Assembly: GCA_045654685.1 (NCBI GenBank) | Contig: JAZONV010000088.1 | Coordinates: 585-64,584 of the forward strand | Reading direction: 5' to 3' | Length of the DNA stretch: 64,000 nt | From: Clostridia bacterium | GTDB taxonomy: Bacteria > Bacillota > Clostridia > UMGS1810 | In this document: one piece after another, positions 28,534 through 38,275 of the stretch | How positions within the stretch are numbered: the stretch's first letter is position 1 | How the letters are laid out: each line of letters opens with the position of its first letter | Program-made: the position numbers and the translations under genes | Notes under the pieces: generated by a model | Told to the model about the DNA's origin: nothing | The model's database searches: none | The model's input: the letters and a program-made list of their open reading frames with translations, nothing else

Positions 28534-28790
28534 AGGGATTGTACCCTAATCGTATAATACGCATAATTATGCGATAAATGGGAATTTGGCTAAATTTTGC
28601 ACATACGTGCAAAGCTAAATAGTAGCTTTGCTACAGCTAAATTGCATCAAAGATGCAGCTAAATAAAATTTGCCGAAGCTGCCCAAAGGGCAATTTAGCT
28701 CCCGAAGGGAATTTAGCTGACGTAAGTCAATTTAGCTTGCCGCAGGCAAATTTAGCTAATTGGAATTTATCACAAGATAAATTCCAATTT
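28534..28790. repeat. Array of at least 12 short perfect hairpins, with four GCTAAAT linkers followed by four ATTTAGC linkers
   Basis: GCTAAAT at 28589, 28614, 28636 and 28658. ATTTAGC at 28693, 28711, 28730 and 28750. Intervening hairpins include tgcacatacgtgca, gtagctttgctac, tgcatcaaagatgca, gcccaaagggc, cccgaaggg, gacgtaagtc and tgccgcaggca. Terminal hairpin aattggaatttat..ataaattccaatt. Confidence 0.9.
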
Positions 28791-28920
28791 ATATATTATA
28801 CAGTTAAAGAGACAGTCCCTTCGTTTTAAAGAGTTCAATTTTTTTAAAAAAGGACATTTTCGTTAAATAATGTGCAGATTTAAAAGATATTAATATACAA
28901 TAAAAGGATAATTTACTACA

Positions 28921-28949
28921 TTGAGATAATTTGGAAAAAGTGGTATGAT
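28921..28949 (+). promoter_or_regulatory. Possible sigma-A promoter for the SGNH hydrolase gene
   Basis: TTGAGA (28921-28926), a 17-nt spacer, then TGg-TATGAT (28944-28949). Confidence 0.4.
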
Positions 28950-28984
28950 GATTTCATAATACAGACCAAAGGAAGGTAAAAAAC

Positions 28985-29902
28985 ATGAAGGGATTTCCAA
29001 GAGATGCAAGAGTTTGTTTTATAGGGGACAGTATAACCCATGATAATGATTTTGTATCCCATATATCTGCATATTATCACGAACACCTGAAAGACAGAAA
29101 AGTAAATTTCTACAACTGCGGTGTTGCAGGGGGAAGAATGGGGCCTGCTCTTGAAATTATTGAAAAGGACGTTTTTTCTCACAACCCAACCCATGCGGTC
29201 ATTATGATGGGCATAAACGATTCCGACCGTATGGCACTTTTGGAGGATAGGTCATACGAACGATATGACAGACTCAAAAAGGCATATGACATATTTGAAC
29301 AAAACTTAAGACAGATGTGTACAATCATCAGAGAAAGAAATATCAAAGCCATTCTCTGCACTCAAACTCCCTATGATGAATATCAGAACACAGACACGGA
29401 AGTTTTAAACGGTGGTTGGGCGCTTATGGCAGGATATGCTCAATGTGTTCGTGATGTTGCAAGGGAGATGAATCTTCCTTTGTGTGACTATCACACATAT
29501 TTTTCAAAAGTTCTTCAAAAAGAGGTGCTTTTTATGCCTGATCGGGTTCATCCCAATGACCTTGGGCAGTTTCATATGGCAAAATGCTTTCTTGCATTTC
29601 AGGGGTATGATTTGGGAGAGAAAAAGCCATTTCCAAAATATATGAATTTGTGGAGAGAAAAGGTTGAGATGCTCCGAAACATATGGGCGGCAGAGAGGAT
29701 TATTACCAACAGATTCGACCTTTCTCAAGAGGAACAGATATCTAAAATCAAAGCCTATGTTGAAGACCCGGAAAACATTGAGATAAGGTCACACATTGTA
29801 GGAAGAGGAAGACAATATCTGGAAACGTATCATATGAGGGATCAGCTGAACGAAGAAATAAATTATATTATGGAAGTGGAATTTAAAAAAGGTCAAATTT
29901 GA
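28985..29902 (+). CDS. SGNH/GDSL-family hydrolase (probable carbohydrate esterase)
   Basis: Block I FIGDSITHD, block III MMGINDS, block V PDRVHPN. Confidence 0.8.
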   Translation: MKGFPRDARVCFIGDSITHDNDFVSHISAYYHEHLKDRKVNFYNCGVAGGRMGPALEIIEKDVFSHNPTHAVIMMGINDSDRMALLEDRSYERYDRLKKAYDIFEQNLRQMCTIIRERNIKAILCTQTPYDEYQNTDTEVLNGGWALMAGYAQCVRDVAREMNLPLCDYHTYFSKVLQKEVLFMPDRVHPNDLGQFHMAKCFLAFQGYDLGEKKPFPKYMNLWREKVEMLRNIWAAERIITNRFDLSQEEQISKIKAYVEDPENIEIRSHIVGRGRQYLETYHMRDQLNEEINYIMEVEFKKGQI

Positions 29903-30018
29903 TATATTGCAACACGTTGGATTCTGTAGTAAAATAAAAGAGTATATCATGCGATTACAATTATTATGACACATTCCGGTTTGTTGATAAATAACAAAGG
30001 ATAACAGGAGATGAAAAA

Positions 30019-32481
30019 ATGCTCAAAATTGACTTGAACGGAACATGGAATCTTAAGGGTATTTCACCTGACGGAGAGAGTTTTGATATTGATGCCACGG
30101 TGCCGGGAAGCACTCTTAATGCTGTGCTCAATTCAGACATAGAAAAAAATCTTGACGTGTTCTACAGAGACAATGCCGAAAAGGTTCAAAAATATGAAAA
30201 TTACGCCTGGATATATACCAGAACATTTGAAATAGAAAAGACAGACAAAAACCTAGTGATAGTGTTTGAAAAACTCGATACCTATTGTGACATATATATC
30301 AACGGCAAAAATCTTGCGTCCAGTGATAACGGATATATTTCCCATAGATTTGACATAACAAAATATGTAAAGGACGGGGAAAATGAAATCAGCATATACT
30401 TCCAGTCTCCCATAACCAAAGTGGCAGGCAAGAAAGAAGTTAAAGCTTGTGCTTTTGCTGCATATGAAAGACTCTATACAAGAAGACCTCAATGCACCTA
30501 CGGCTGGGATTGGACAATGCGTTTTGTCACATGCGGTATCGGAAAGACATACATAGAAGAAACAGAAGAAGGCATAAAGATTGAATCTTTATATATCTAC
30601 ACAAAAAGCATTGATGATGAATCTGCCGAAATAGTTGCAGATATTGACTTTTTGGATTTTGAACATGGCGGCGTGATAGATTTTGAAATAATTTCGCCAA
30701 AGGGCGAGATTGTTGCAACTCACACACGCTACACAGAGGAACCATTTATGCGCATAAATCTCGATGTTGAAAATCCAATGCTCTGGTATCCTCTCGGCTA
30801 TGGCGAGCCCAATCTTTATACGATTTCGGTCAGATGCGGACAAAGGATTCTTTATAAAAAACCTTTTGGCATAAGAACAGTTAAGATTACTGAAATCACC
30901 GACAAAGAGGGCAGCGAAAACTACAACAAGTGTATTGAACTTAAAAAGACGGAATTTTCCGGATTTTATGATAAAAATGAAAGCTTTGCAGGCTTCGTTT
31001 TGAAAGTCAACGGAGAAAAGATTTTGTGTAAAGGCGCAAACTGGGTGCCATGCCGACCTTTCTCAATGGGCTGTACAGATGAAAGAATAACATCCATTCT
31101 TTCCCTTGCAAAAGATGCCGGAGTCAACATGATAAGAGTATGGGGCGGCGGCGATTTTGAAACAGAGCATTTCTATGATGAATGTTCAAGACTTGGCATA
31201 ATGGTGACTCAGGACTTTTTGATGGCATGTGCCAGGTATCCCGAAGATGAACAATGGTTTTTGGATCAACTGAAAAAAGAAGCGGAATATGCATCAGAGC
31301 TTTTGAGAAACAAAGCATGCCTTATGTGGTGGTCGGGAGATAATGAAAATGCCGTAATGGGATGCGATACAGACACAGACTATCACGGAAGAGCATCTGC
31401 ATATAAGGCTATTGCTCCCGTCATATACAAAAAAGACTATAACAGAAGATTTCTTGCATCAAGTCCCTATGGCGGAAAATTCTATGCATCAAACACAAAA
31501 GGAACAACTCATAACACACAGTTCATGGGCCCCTTTTTCAGATATATAATGAATAGTGACGATTTTTCGGACTATAAAGAATATGTCAAAACCTACAATG
31601 CAAGATTTGTTGCAGAAGAGCCGATTCTCGGTGCATCTTCTGAAAAATGCCTGAAAAACTTCATGACACATGAGGATATATATGGTGATGATCTTTCAAT
31701 GTGGCTTTATCATACCAAAGGCAACCCCGGACTTGAACATGAGATTTTTGAATACATCTATGAATTTGCAAGAGGTATTATGGGAGATTTCAAAGATGGT
31801 GAAGACAGATTTTTCAAACTGAAATACCTGCAATATGAATGGGTGAGACTGTCCATGGAAAGAACAAGACGTGAAAAATGGTTCTCATCAGGGGTTATAT
31901 ACTGGATGCTTAACGACTGTTGGCCTGCAGCTTCGGGATGGGCACTCATTGACTACTACAATGAGCCAAAACCTGCTTATTATTCATTCAAGCGGGGAGC
32001 AAAACCTGTTGTTGTGTCTGTTGATTTTGAAGATGGAAAATATAAAATTCACATATGCAATGACGGAAAAGAGCAGACAGTTCCCCTCAAATGGTACGCC
32101 ATTTCCAAGGATGGCAAAATTGCGGCACAGTCCGGCGTGAAAGAAATTGCTGTTCCCAAGAACACATCCCTTGTTGCATTGGAACTTGACGAAGATGAAA
32201 TTCCAAAGGATTGCTTTGTTGTTGCAGAAACAGACTGTGACAGAGCTTTTTACAGAAAAGGTATCCTGGATATAGTTCCATCTGATGAAAGAATTGCTCA
32301 CGTCAAAGTTGAGGGAGAATATGTCAAAGTGACGTCAAATGCATATATACACGCTTTGGAACTTTGCTCTGATTGTGTATTTGAAGACAACTATTTTTCG
32401 CTTCTTCCCGGTGAGGAAAGAAGTGTTAAAATCATCCAGAAATGTGATGAAAATGTCAGTGCAAAAGCATATACAATATAG
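30019..32481 (+). CDS. GH2-family glycosidase, beta-mannosidase-like
   Basis: N-terminal LNGTWNLKG.., WWSGDNEN acid/base-type motif, about 820 aa multi-domain architecture typical of GH2 beta-mannosidases. Confidence 0.7.
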   Translation: MLKIDLNGTWNLKGISPDGESFDIDATVPGSTLNAVLNSDIEKNLDVFYRDNAEKVQKYENYAWIYTRTFEIEKTDKNLVIVFEKLDTYCDIYINGKNLASSDNGYISHRFDITKYVKDGENEISIYFQSPITKVAGKKEVKACAFAAYERLYTRRPQCTYGWDWTMRFVTCGIGKTYIEETEEGIKIESLYIYTKSIDDESAEIVADIDFLDFEHGGVIDFEIISPKGEIVATHTRYTEEPFMRINLDVENPMLWYPLGYGEPNLYTISVRCGQRILYKKPFGIRTVKITEITDKEGSENYNKCIELKKTEFSGFYDKNESFAGFVLKVNGEKILCKGANWVPCRPFSMGCTDERITSILSLAKDAGVNMIRVWGGGDFETEHFYDECSRLGIMVTQDFLMACARYPEDEQWFLDQLKKEAEYASELLRNKACLMWWSGDNENAVMGCDTDTDYHGRASAYKAIAPVIYKKDYNRRFLASSPYGGKFYASNTKGTTHNTQFMGPFFRYIMNSDDFSDYKEYVKTYNARFVAEEPILGASSEKCLKNFMTHEDIYGDDLSMWLYHTKGNPGLEHEIFEYIYEFARGIMGDFKDGEDRFFKLKYLQYEWVRLSMERTRREKWFSSGVIYWMLNDCWPAASGWALIDYYNEPKPAYYSFKRGAKPVVVSVDFEDGKYKIHICNDGKEQTVPLKWYAISKDGKIAAQSGVKEIAVPKNTSLVALELDEDEIPKDCFVVAETDCDRAFYRKGILDIVPSDERIAHVKVEGEYVKVTSNAYIHALELCSDCVFEDNYFSLLPGEERSVKIIQKCDENVSAKAYTI

Positions 32482-32577
32482 AATCAAAAAATTTGAAAAG
32501 TATAATTTTACCACTACCCCCACATCAAAAGTATAAAAATACCTATTGAATAAGGCGTGTAGTCGTGTTACATTCTA

Positions 32578-32611
32578 TTAGCCGTCGGACATTTTTCCGG
32601 CGGCTAATTTT
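32578..32611 (+). terminator. Intrinsic terminator after the GH2 gene
   Basis: ttagccgtcgga / tccggcggctaa (one U-G) followed by TTTT. Confidence 0.8.
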
Positions 32612-32835
32612 ATGTTTGTGACTAATTTTGGGCCTTATGCTTGCAAAGTCAAACAGTTTAATGTCTTGTCGAATAAAGAAAAATATGGTATTATTAAATA
32701 GAAGGTTGGAGTTGAATATAAAAATTTATTGTAATTATTAAGTTTTGTATGTATTACACAATAATCTGGTTTAATAGACAACGATGATTTTAATCTATAT
32801 ATCTTATTTGGCAACATTGAGGAGGCTTGTGAAGA

Positions 32836-33549
32836 ATGAAGGTAGCTATATGCGATGATAATATAAATTATATCAGCATCATTGAAAATTACATTAATAA
32901 ATTTAAAAAAACTGCTGTAGAGTGCGATGCGTACACAAGCGGCGAGGAGTTAGTTTATTCCTACAGGGATAAAAAAGAACGGTACGATGTGATTTTTCTT
33001 GATATGGAAATGGAGCAGCTTAACGGAATTGAAACGGCAAATATCATCCGGGAAATTGACGAGCATGTAATAATAGTGTTCGTCACAAGTTATACGGAAT
33101 ATATGCGCGAAAGCTTTAAATGCTCCCCTTTCAGGTTTTTAGTTAAGCCTGTCGATGATGAAGAATTTGAAACAGTGTTTTATGATATATGTAAAAAGCT
33201 ATCAAAACAGCGCAAGGTATTTGCATTTACGGAGAACAAAGCAAAGGTCAGATTGTATTGCGACGATATAATATATTGTGAAAGTCAAGACCATTGGATA
33301 TGGATTCACACTAAAGAAAAAGTATATAAAATCTTCAAATCCTTAACCGAGCTATACGGACAGTTTGACAAGGAAATGTTTTGCAGAGTACATAAATCAT
33401 TTATAATAAATTTTTTGTATATAAAAAGTATAAAGAACAACGATGCGGAACTTTATTATTGCGATAAGCCCGTTCCGATAAGCCGTTCATACAAAAAGGA
33501 AGTGCTTAAAGAATATACAAATTTTCTTGAAAGGGATTTTAAGGTATGA
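32836..33549 (+). CDS. LytTR-family response regulator (AgrA-like)
   Basis: Receiver domain (MKVAICDD.., IFLDMEM) and C-terminal LytTR-type domain (..CRVHKSFIINFLYIKSI..). Confidence 0.85.
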   Translation: MKVAICDDNINYISIIENYINKFKKTAVECDAYTSGEELVYSYRDKKERYDVIFLDMEMEQLNGIETANIIREIDEHVIIVFVTSYTEYMRESFKCSPFRFLVKPVDDEEFETVFYDICKKLSKQRKVFAFTENKAKVRLYCDDIIYCESQDHWIWIHTKEKVYKIFKSLTELYGQFDKEMFCRVHKSFIINFLYIKSIKNNDAELYYCDKPVPISRSYKKEVLKEYTNFLERDFKV

Positions 33550-34841
33550 CGATATATAATATTACTAATGTGTTAACAGGACTTATTGAAGCAATAATGA
33601 TGATAATGATATGCGAAGCCTTTTGCACTAAAAGAGAAAATTTATCGTCTTGGGCATATGGTGTAGGAGTAATAGCTTTAACAGCAATGATAAATATAAG
33701 CAACACCTTTTTCAACTTCGGTATGCTGAACGTTGTTGTAATGATTCTTTCATTTTTTGCAACTTCATTCTTATACAAAGCAAAGCTACCGACGAGAGCA
33801 ATAATTTCGGTATTGAACTACTTGCTTATTATTATAGTTGAAATAATGATAATGTTCAGTATCACAATTATATATGATATTACTGTTTCGGACGCAGTAA
33901 ATGTTCCTACATACAGATTACTTGGAACTATTGTGTCGAAGATGCTGTCATTGTTAATCGTAAATATGATGAGAATAAAATTCAGGAGAAAATCCTTATA
34001 TATGAGTACATCATATTGGGTATTGTTTTTCTTAATGTTTTTGAGTTCTACAGCGACTGTATTTCTGATATTTAATCTTTCGTATGATATTGAAGGGGCA
34101 TATATGTATGATCTTTCTATACTGTGTTCATTCGGGGTTTTATTCAGTACATTTTTTGCTCTGTTTCTCTATGAAAGATTGGCCAATCAAGCTGAGACAA
34201 TTCGAAATCAAGAGCAATACGAACAACATTTGAAAACGCAATTAAAACATTTAGATGATATTTTAATTACTCAGAAACAAGTCAAGAAATTTAAACACGA
34301 TTTTAACAACTTCCAGATAGGATTACAAGCATATCTGGATAACAATGACATAGCCGGAGCAACTAAATATTTAAAGGATTTAAGAGAAAAGACGAGTAAT
34401 GGTAGTTGTGTTATTGAAACGGGTAATACGGCGCTTGATGCGATTTTAAGCACAAAAATTGCCATTGCTGAAAGCAAAGGCATAGATGTGAAAACAATAA
34501 TTCAAATTCCCGAAGAAATTGCCGTTGAACCGATTGACTTGTGTATTATTTTCGGTAATGCGCTTGATAACGCAATAGAAGCATGTGACAGAACGGAATT
34601 ATCTGATAAGGAAATCTCCATAACGATTATATGTAAGGATAAGGCAGTGCTTTGTAAGGTTGTTAATACCGCACCAAAACCTATAAATTCTGTGCTTGAT
34701 ACATCCAAAGTTGATAAGCAAAATCACGGTTTTGGGTTAGAAAATATAAAAACCGCACTTTCAAAATATAATGCCAATCCAACAATTGAAAAGACCGAGA
34801 CGGAATTTACATTGAAATTTGTTATTTTCACCAAAGAATAA
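33546..34841 (+). CDS. AgrC-like membrane sensor histidine kinase (HPK10, GHKL ATPase)
   Basis: ATGA start/stop overlap with the regulator gene. About six transmembrane helices, H-box KKFKHDFNNF, C-terminal ATPase (..GNALDNAIEA.., ..HGFGLENI). Confidence 0.85.
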   Translation: MTIYNITNVLTGLIEAIMMIMICEAFCTKRENLSSWAYGVGVIALTAMINISNTFFNFGMLNVVVMILSFFATSFLYKAKLPTRAIISVLNYLLIIIVEIMIMFSITIIYDITVSDAVNVPTYRLLGTIVSKMLSLLIVNMMRIKFRRKSLYMSTSYWVLFFLMFLSSTATVFLIFNLSYDIEGAYMYDLSILCSFGVLFSTFFALFLYERLANQAETIRNQEQYEQHLKTQLKHLDDILITQKQVKKFKHDFNNFQIGLQAYLDNNDIAGATKYLKDLREKTSNGSCVIETGNTALDAILSTKIAIAESKGIDVKTIIQIPEEIAVEPIDLCIIFGNALDNAIEACDRTELSDKEISITIICKDKAVLCKVVNTAPKPINSVLDTSKVDKQNHGFGLENIKTALSKYNANPTIEKTETEFTLKFVIFTKE

Positions 34842-34853
34842 TTAGGACGAAGG

Positions 34854-34889
34854 GAGTCTGAACGATAAAGTTCAGACTCTCTTCTTTTT
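34854..34889 (+). terminator. Intrinsic terminator after the kinase gene
   Basis: gagtctgaac / gttcagactc followed by a T-rich tract. Confidence 0.75.
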
Positions 34890-34985
34890 CTGTGCAACTT
34901 TCGTTGATTAGATTGCATTTCACGAAGAACTAAATTTTTTCATCAAATTATATGTTATAATTACATCACAGAAAGGGGGTGCGAT

Positions 34986-35573
34986 ATGAAAAGTATATCC
35001 AGCAGTATTGCCAATACTTTATGGACTCAAGGTATAATTCAAAAAGAAGATATTGACACTTGCCGATATGGTTTAGATGTATTTATTTCTTCGGTACTAG
35101 AAATTGCAAGCATTTTGACAATAGCAACATTTGTAGAAAATTTCTTTGAGACGGTTTTGTTTTTTACAGCGTTTATACCATTGAGGGTTTATGCCGGTGG
35201 GTATCACGCAGATACAAAATTGAAATGCTATCTTATATCTCTTGGTGTTTATGGCATTTTCACTGTGATAATAAATGAACTTCCGTCGGGTGCATATTTA
35301 CCAGTTACTTTAATTAGCACAATGCTTTCTATGATTATGGTTTTGATTGTTGCCCCTGTTATCCACAAAAATAAAACTGTAAATGAAATTGAAAGGAAAC
35401 ATTACCGAAAGTTTAGCATTTGGGTATGTTCAGTTGAAACGGTGCTAATTCTGTTATTAACAGCTATCTTTTCTCAAAGTTCATTTATCGTTTCATTAAC
35501 GATAGGACAAGCTGCTGTAACATTTTCAATGATAGCAGCAGTAATTAAGGAAATTTTAGTTGATAATGAATAA
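34986..35573 (+). CDS. agrB: AgrB-family autoinducer-processing membrane protease
   Basis: Polytopic membrane protein with the characteristic FIPLRVYAGGYHA segment. Confidence 0.85.
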   Translation: MKSISSSIANTLWTQGIIQKEDIDTCRYGLDVFISSVLEIASILTIATFVENFFETVLFFTAFIPLRVYAGGYHADTKLKCYLISLGVYGIFTVIINELPSGAYLPVTLISTMLSMIMVLIVAPVIHKNKTVNEIERKHYRKFSIWVCSVETVLILLLTAIFSQSSFIVSLTIGQAAVTFSMIAAVIKEILVDNE

Positions 35574-35611
35574 TAAGGTTTCTTCGGAATTTTAGAGGGG
35601 ATGTGTTTGGA

Positions 35612-35782
35612 ATGAGAAAGTTCAAAGAAACAGCAAAGAAATTCGTAATTAAGTATGGAGCGGCTGTTGCATCGTGTGCATTTGCCTTCGTTGCAATTTC
35701 CGCAAATACTTCCTGTGGACTTCCGTACTACGAGCCGGAAGAACCTGCCGGATTGACTAAGTACAAAAAGGCTCACAACTAA
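35612..35782 (+). CDS. agrD: AgrD-like cyclic autoinducing-peptide precursor (56 aa, absent from the ORF track)
   Basis: Translation MRKFKETAKKFVIKYGAAVASCAFAFVAISANTSCGLPYYEPEEPAGLTKYKKAHN. Amphipathic/hydrophobic leader, Cys-containing core, acidic Pro-containing tail. RBS agagggga upstream. Sits immediately after agrB. Confidence 0.75.
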   Translation: MRKFKETAKKFVIKYGAAVASCAFAFVAISANTSCGLPYYEPEEPAGLTKYKKAHN

Positions 35783-35808
35783 CGTTTCGTTTAAATAGCG
35801 AAGGTTAT

Positions 35809-35848
35809 TTTGTAGGTTTATGTAAACCTACAAAGGGACATATGTCCC
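35809..35848. repeat. Two abutting perfect palindromes downstream of agrD
   Basis: tttgtaggttta-tg-taaacctacaaa (35809-35834) then gggacatatgtccc (35835-35848). Confidence 0.8.
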
Positions 35849-36072
35849 TTGCAAAATTTGCACTTTTCCCTAAAAAAAGAGAAATCCCAATAATCAGATA
35901 CAAGCCCTCAAAAAACATTGTTTCAGATTATCCAGGAATTTCTCCAACAGTAAGGATACACGTTCTTCGCATCTTTGTCAAGTATCTTTATAAGTTGGTT
36001 TAGGGAAAAAGAAAAGAACAGTACAAAACTATAAAGTCTAACAAAATGACTTGCTTAGGAAGGAGAAAATTT

Positions 36073-37143
36073 ATGAAAAAATTATTAGCTTTTGTTATGT
36101 TGCTTTGTTTATCATTTGCATCTACCGTATCTGCTACGGAATACAACGCTTTAAAAACCGAAAGTTTATCAGTTGCTCAGTGCGAAGAGTTAAAAAAAGA
36201 AGGAATTTCTGAAAAAGAAATTTCTACAATGAAAAGACAGATTGAGATAAATAATTTCAGTTCTGTACAAATAGAAAATTATATAAGTTCTAAAATTAAT
36301 GCAGCACGACTTCTCAAAGAGGAGGGCTATGAACCACAAAATTATTTAAAAACAACTAATGGGGATACTGTTACACCAATGGGTATTGTTCCACAGGTTA
36401 AACATGGTAGTCCATTGTCTGTAATAAACGGTAGAAGTTCTGATTCTACTGTCTCTGATGTCTCTGATGTTATAAATAGTAGAGACCAAACAGGAGTATA
36501 TTATTTAGTAGAGTCAAAAGCTGGGTATGACCAAATGACCTCATATCTTACTCTCCCTGTAGTTCAAAACGTTGCCTCTATAGATAGACCTTTTCATATG
36601 TTTGGAGTATCATCAACAAATGGTTCTGCTAATATGTGGGGGGATATAGGATTGGTGTATTTCCCGAGCAGCGGAACTTGGAAAGGTTTTTATAATTTCA
36701 AGGAAGCCAACGAAAGTATACATAATGAAAATTATGAGTTTTCATTCTCAGGAGGAAGAAATCTCTACTTTCATTTGACTATAACAACATCGTCAGCTAT
36801 ATTAGATATAATAAATCCTTCATCTTGGAGTGTAATTAGAACGGTTAGATATGATTTTGCTACTAATTGTGTTCCATCCAATTTTTCTACTGTTAAAATT
36901 TCTAAACAAATAACACTTGCTCAACATTATGTAGGTTCATTAAATGTAAATACTGGAACTAGAATGACTGGAGGTCAATTTTCACAAACTCACTTATATT
37001 TGACAAACGAATATGATTATGCTTTTGCTCCTGCATATTGCAACAGAGCTATTCGACAAGGTCCAACTGAATCTGCATACAGAAAAGTTACATATACTCG
37101 TACTGCATGGACGAGTGATAATGTAAACATATCTTTTAATTGA
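36073..37143 (+). CDS. Secreted protein of unknown function
   Basis: Start at MKKLLAFVML (RBS aggaaggag) with a signal peptide. N-terminal charged helical part, then a beta-rich region of about 250 aa. No motif recognised. Confidence 0.7.
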   Translation: MKKLLAFVMLLCLSFASTVSATEYNALKTESLSVAQCEELKKEGISEKEISTMKRQIEINNFSSVQIENYISSKINAARLLKEEGYEPQNYLKTTNGDTVTPMGIVPQVKHGSPLSVINGRSSDSTVSDVSDVINSRDQTGVYYLVESKAGYDQMTSYLTLPVVQNVASIDRPFHMFGVSSTNGSANMWGDIGLVYFPSSGTWKGFYNFKEANESIHNENYEFSFSGGRNLYFHLTITTSSAILDIINPSSWSVIRTVRYDFATNCVPSNFSTVKISKQITLAQHYVGSLNVNTGTRMTGGQFSQTHLYLTNEYDYAFAPAYCNRAIRQGPTESAYRKVTYTRTAWTSDNVNISFN

Positions 37144-37154
37144 GGTGAAGTATA

Positions 37155-38003
37155 GTGAATAAACTTAAATACATAAGTTTATTATTATGCCTGTACTTGT
37201 TATTTTGTGCTTTTGGTGTTTCGGCTGAAAATTATTTTTCAGCCGAAACAGTTCCTTTTGACGTGGTTGTCAACGGGGAAAACCTCAACAATAAAAAACT
37301 AGAATATCCTGTTTTTTTCATGGAGGAAATAATATATCTTCCTCTCACATATTTTAATTTAAATCTTGTAGGAATCAACATTGAAGTTGATAAAAATGTC
37401 GTAAAAATTGATAAAAGCAAAGATCTATCCCCTAAAGAATATGTTCCCTATCCTGAAGGGCAAATACTATTTTCCAACGTAAGTTTATGTCCGTTTGACA
37501 TAATAGTTGAAAAAGAAAAATATAACAAAAAAGAAAATTATCCTATTCTGTTTTATAATGATATTATATATTTACCATTAACATGGGATATTATAGTAGA
37601 TAGATTTGGATGGGAATATGTTTTTGATGATACAGGATTTAAGTTGTTCACTGACGGATATTTTTATACTTCAAATGGAGACTCATACATTACTGAAGAT
37701 GAAGAAGGAAGAAAAAAATATCATTCTGTCGAAAATTTTACATATTATAAACAAGGCGAAACTATTGTATCTGTTTCAACTGCAACAAATCGACTTGGTC
37801 CCATTTCCTCCAATATGGTTATAAGAAGAAATGGTGAAGAAATAAAGGTTTCGGGATATACTGGTTATTATCAAAAAAACGGACCTTTGTTTACCGTAAA
37901 AAACGGATATGTTTTTAGTGTCCATTATAGTGCTCCGGATGAAAGAAAGCCTCGCTTGTGCAAGATAAGTATTGAAACTGGAGAAATAGAATATTTGGAA
38001 TAA
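37155..38003 (+). CDS. Secreted protein of unknown function with two stalk-like (copper amine oxidase N-terminal-like) motifs
   Basis: GTG start 11 nt after the preceding stop, with a signal peptide. Repeated YP(V/I)(F/L)F....IIYLPLT motif; the domain assignment is tentative. Confidence 0.65.
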   Translation: MNKLKYISLLLCLYLLFCAFGVSAENYFSAETVPFDVVVNGENLNNKKLEYPVFFMEEIIYLPLTYFNLNLVGINIEVDKNVVKIDKSKDLSPKEYVPYPEGQILFSNVSLCPFDIIVEKEKYNKKENYPILFYNDIIYLPLTWDIIVDRFGWEYVFDDTGFKLFTDGYFYTSNGDSYITEDEEGRKKYHSVENFTYYKQGETIVSVSTATNRLGPISSNMVIRRNGEEIKVSGYTGYYQKNGPLFTVKNGYVFSVHYSAPDERKPRLCKISIETGEIEYLE

Positions 38004-38275
38004 AACAAAAAGCAACACATCGCAATTTCGTGAAATATCTTTTCAAGATATTTTTCTCTGATTTTTGCCTTTTTGCTCTTGCCAAACCTCACCCTCGCAG
38101 TACCTTTGTACAGCTTCGGGCTACCGCGGTAATCGGGAACCATTCCCGATTACCGTTCGGTTTGACAATTCCGAATCATTTTTTCCTGCCCCCGAGTGAT
38201 AGTAAAAATTGCTCGCAATTTTTACTATCACCATTCTCGGCTCGTTATTAAACAAAGCGATAAATTGGAGTTTAA

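Noticed and set aside
28589-28756. Regularly spaced short repeats that might suggest a CRISPR array
   Set aside because: The repeat unit is only 7-8 nt and the spacers only 11-18 nt and self-complementary. Repeat orientation flips halfway. No cas genes are in the window.
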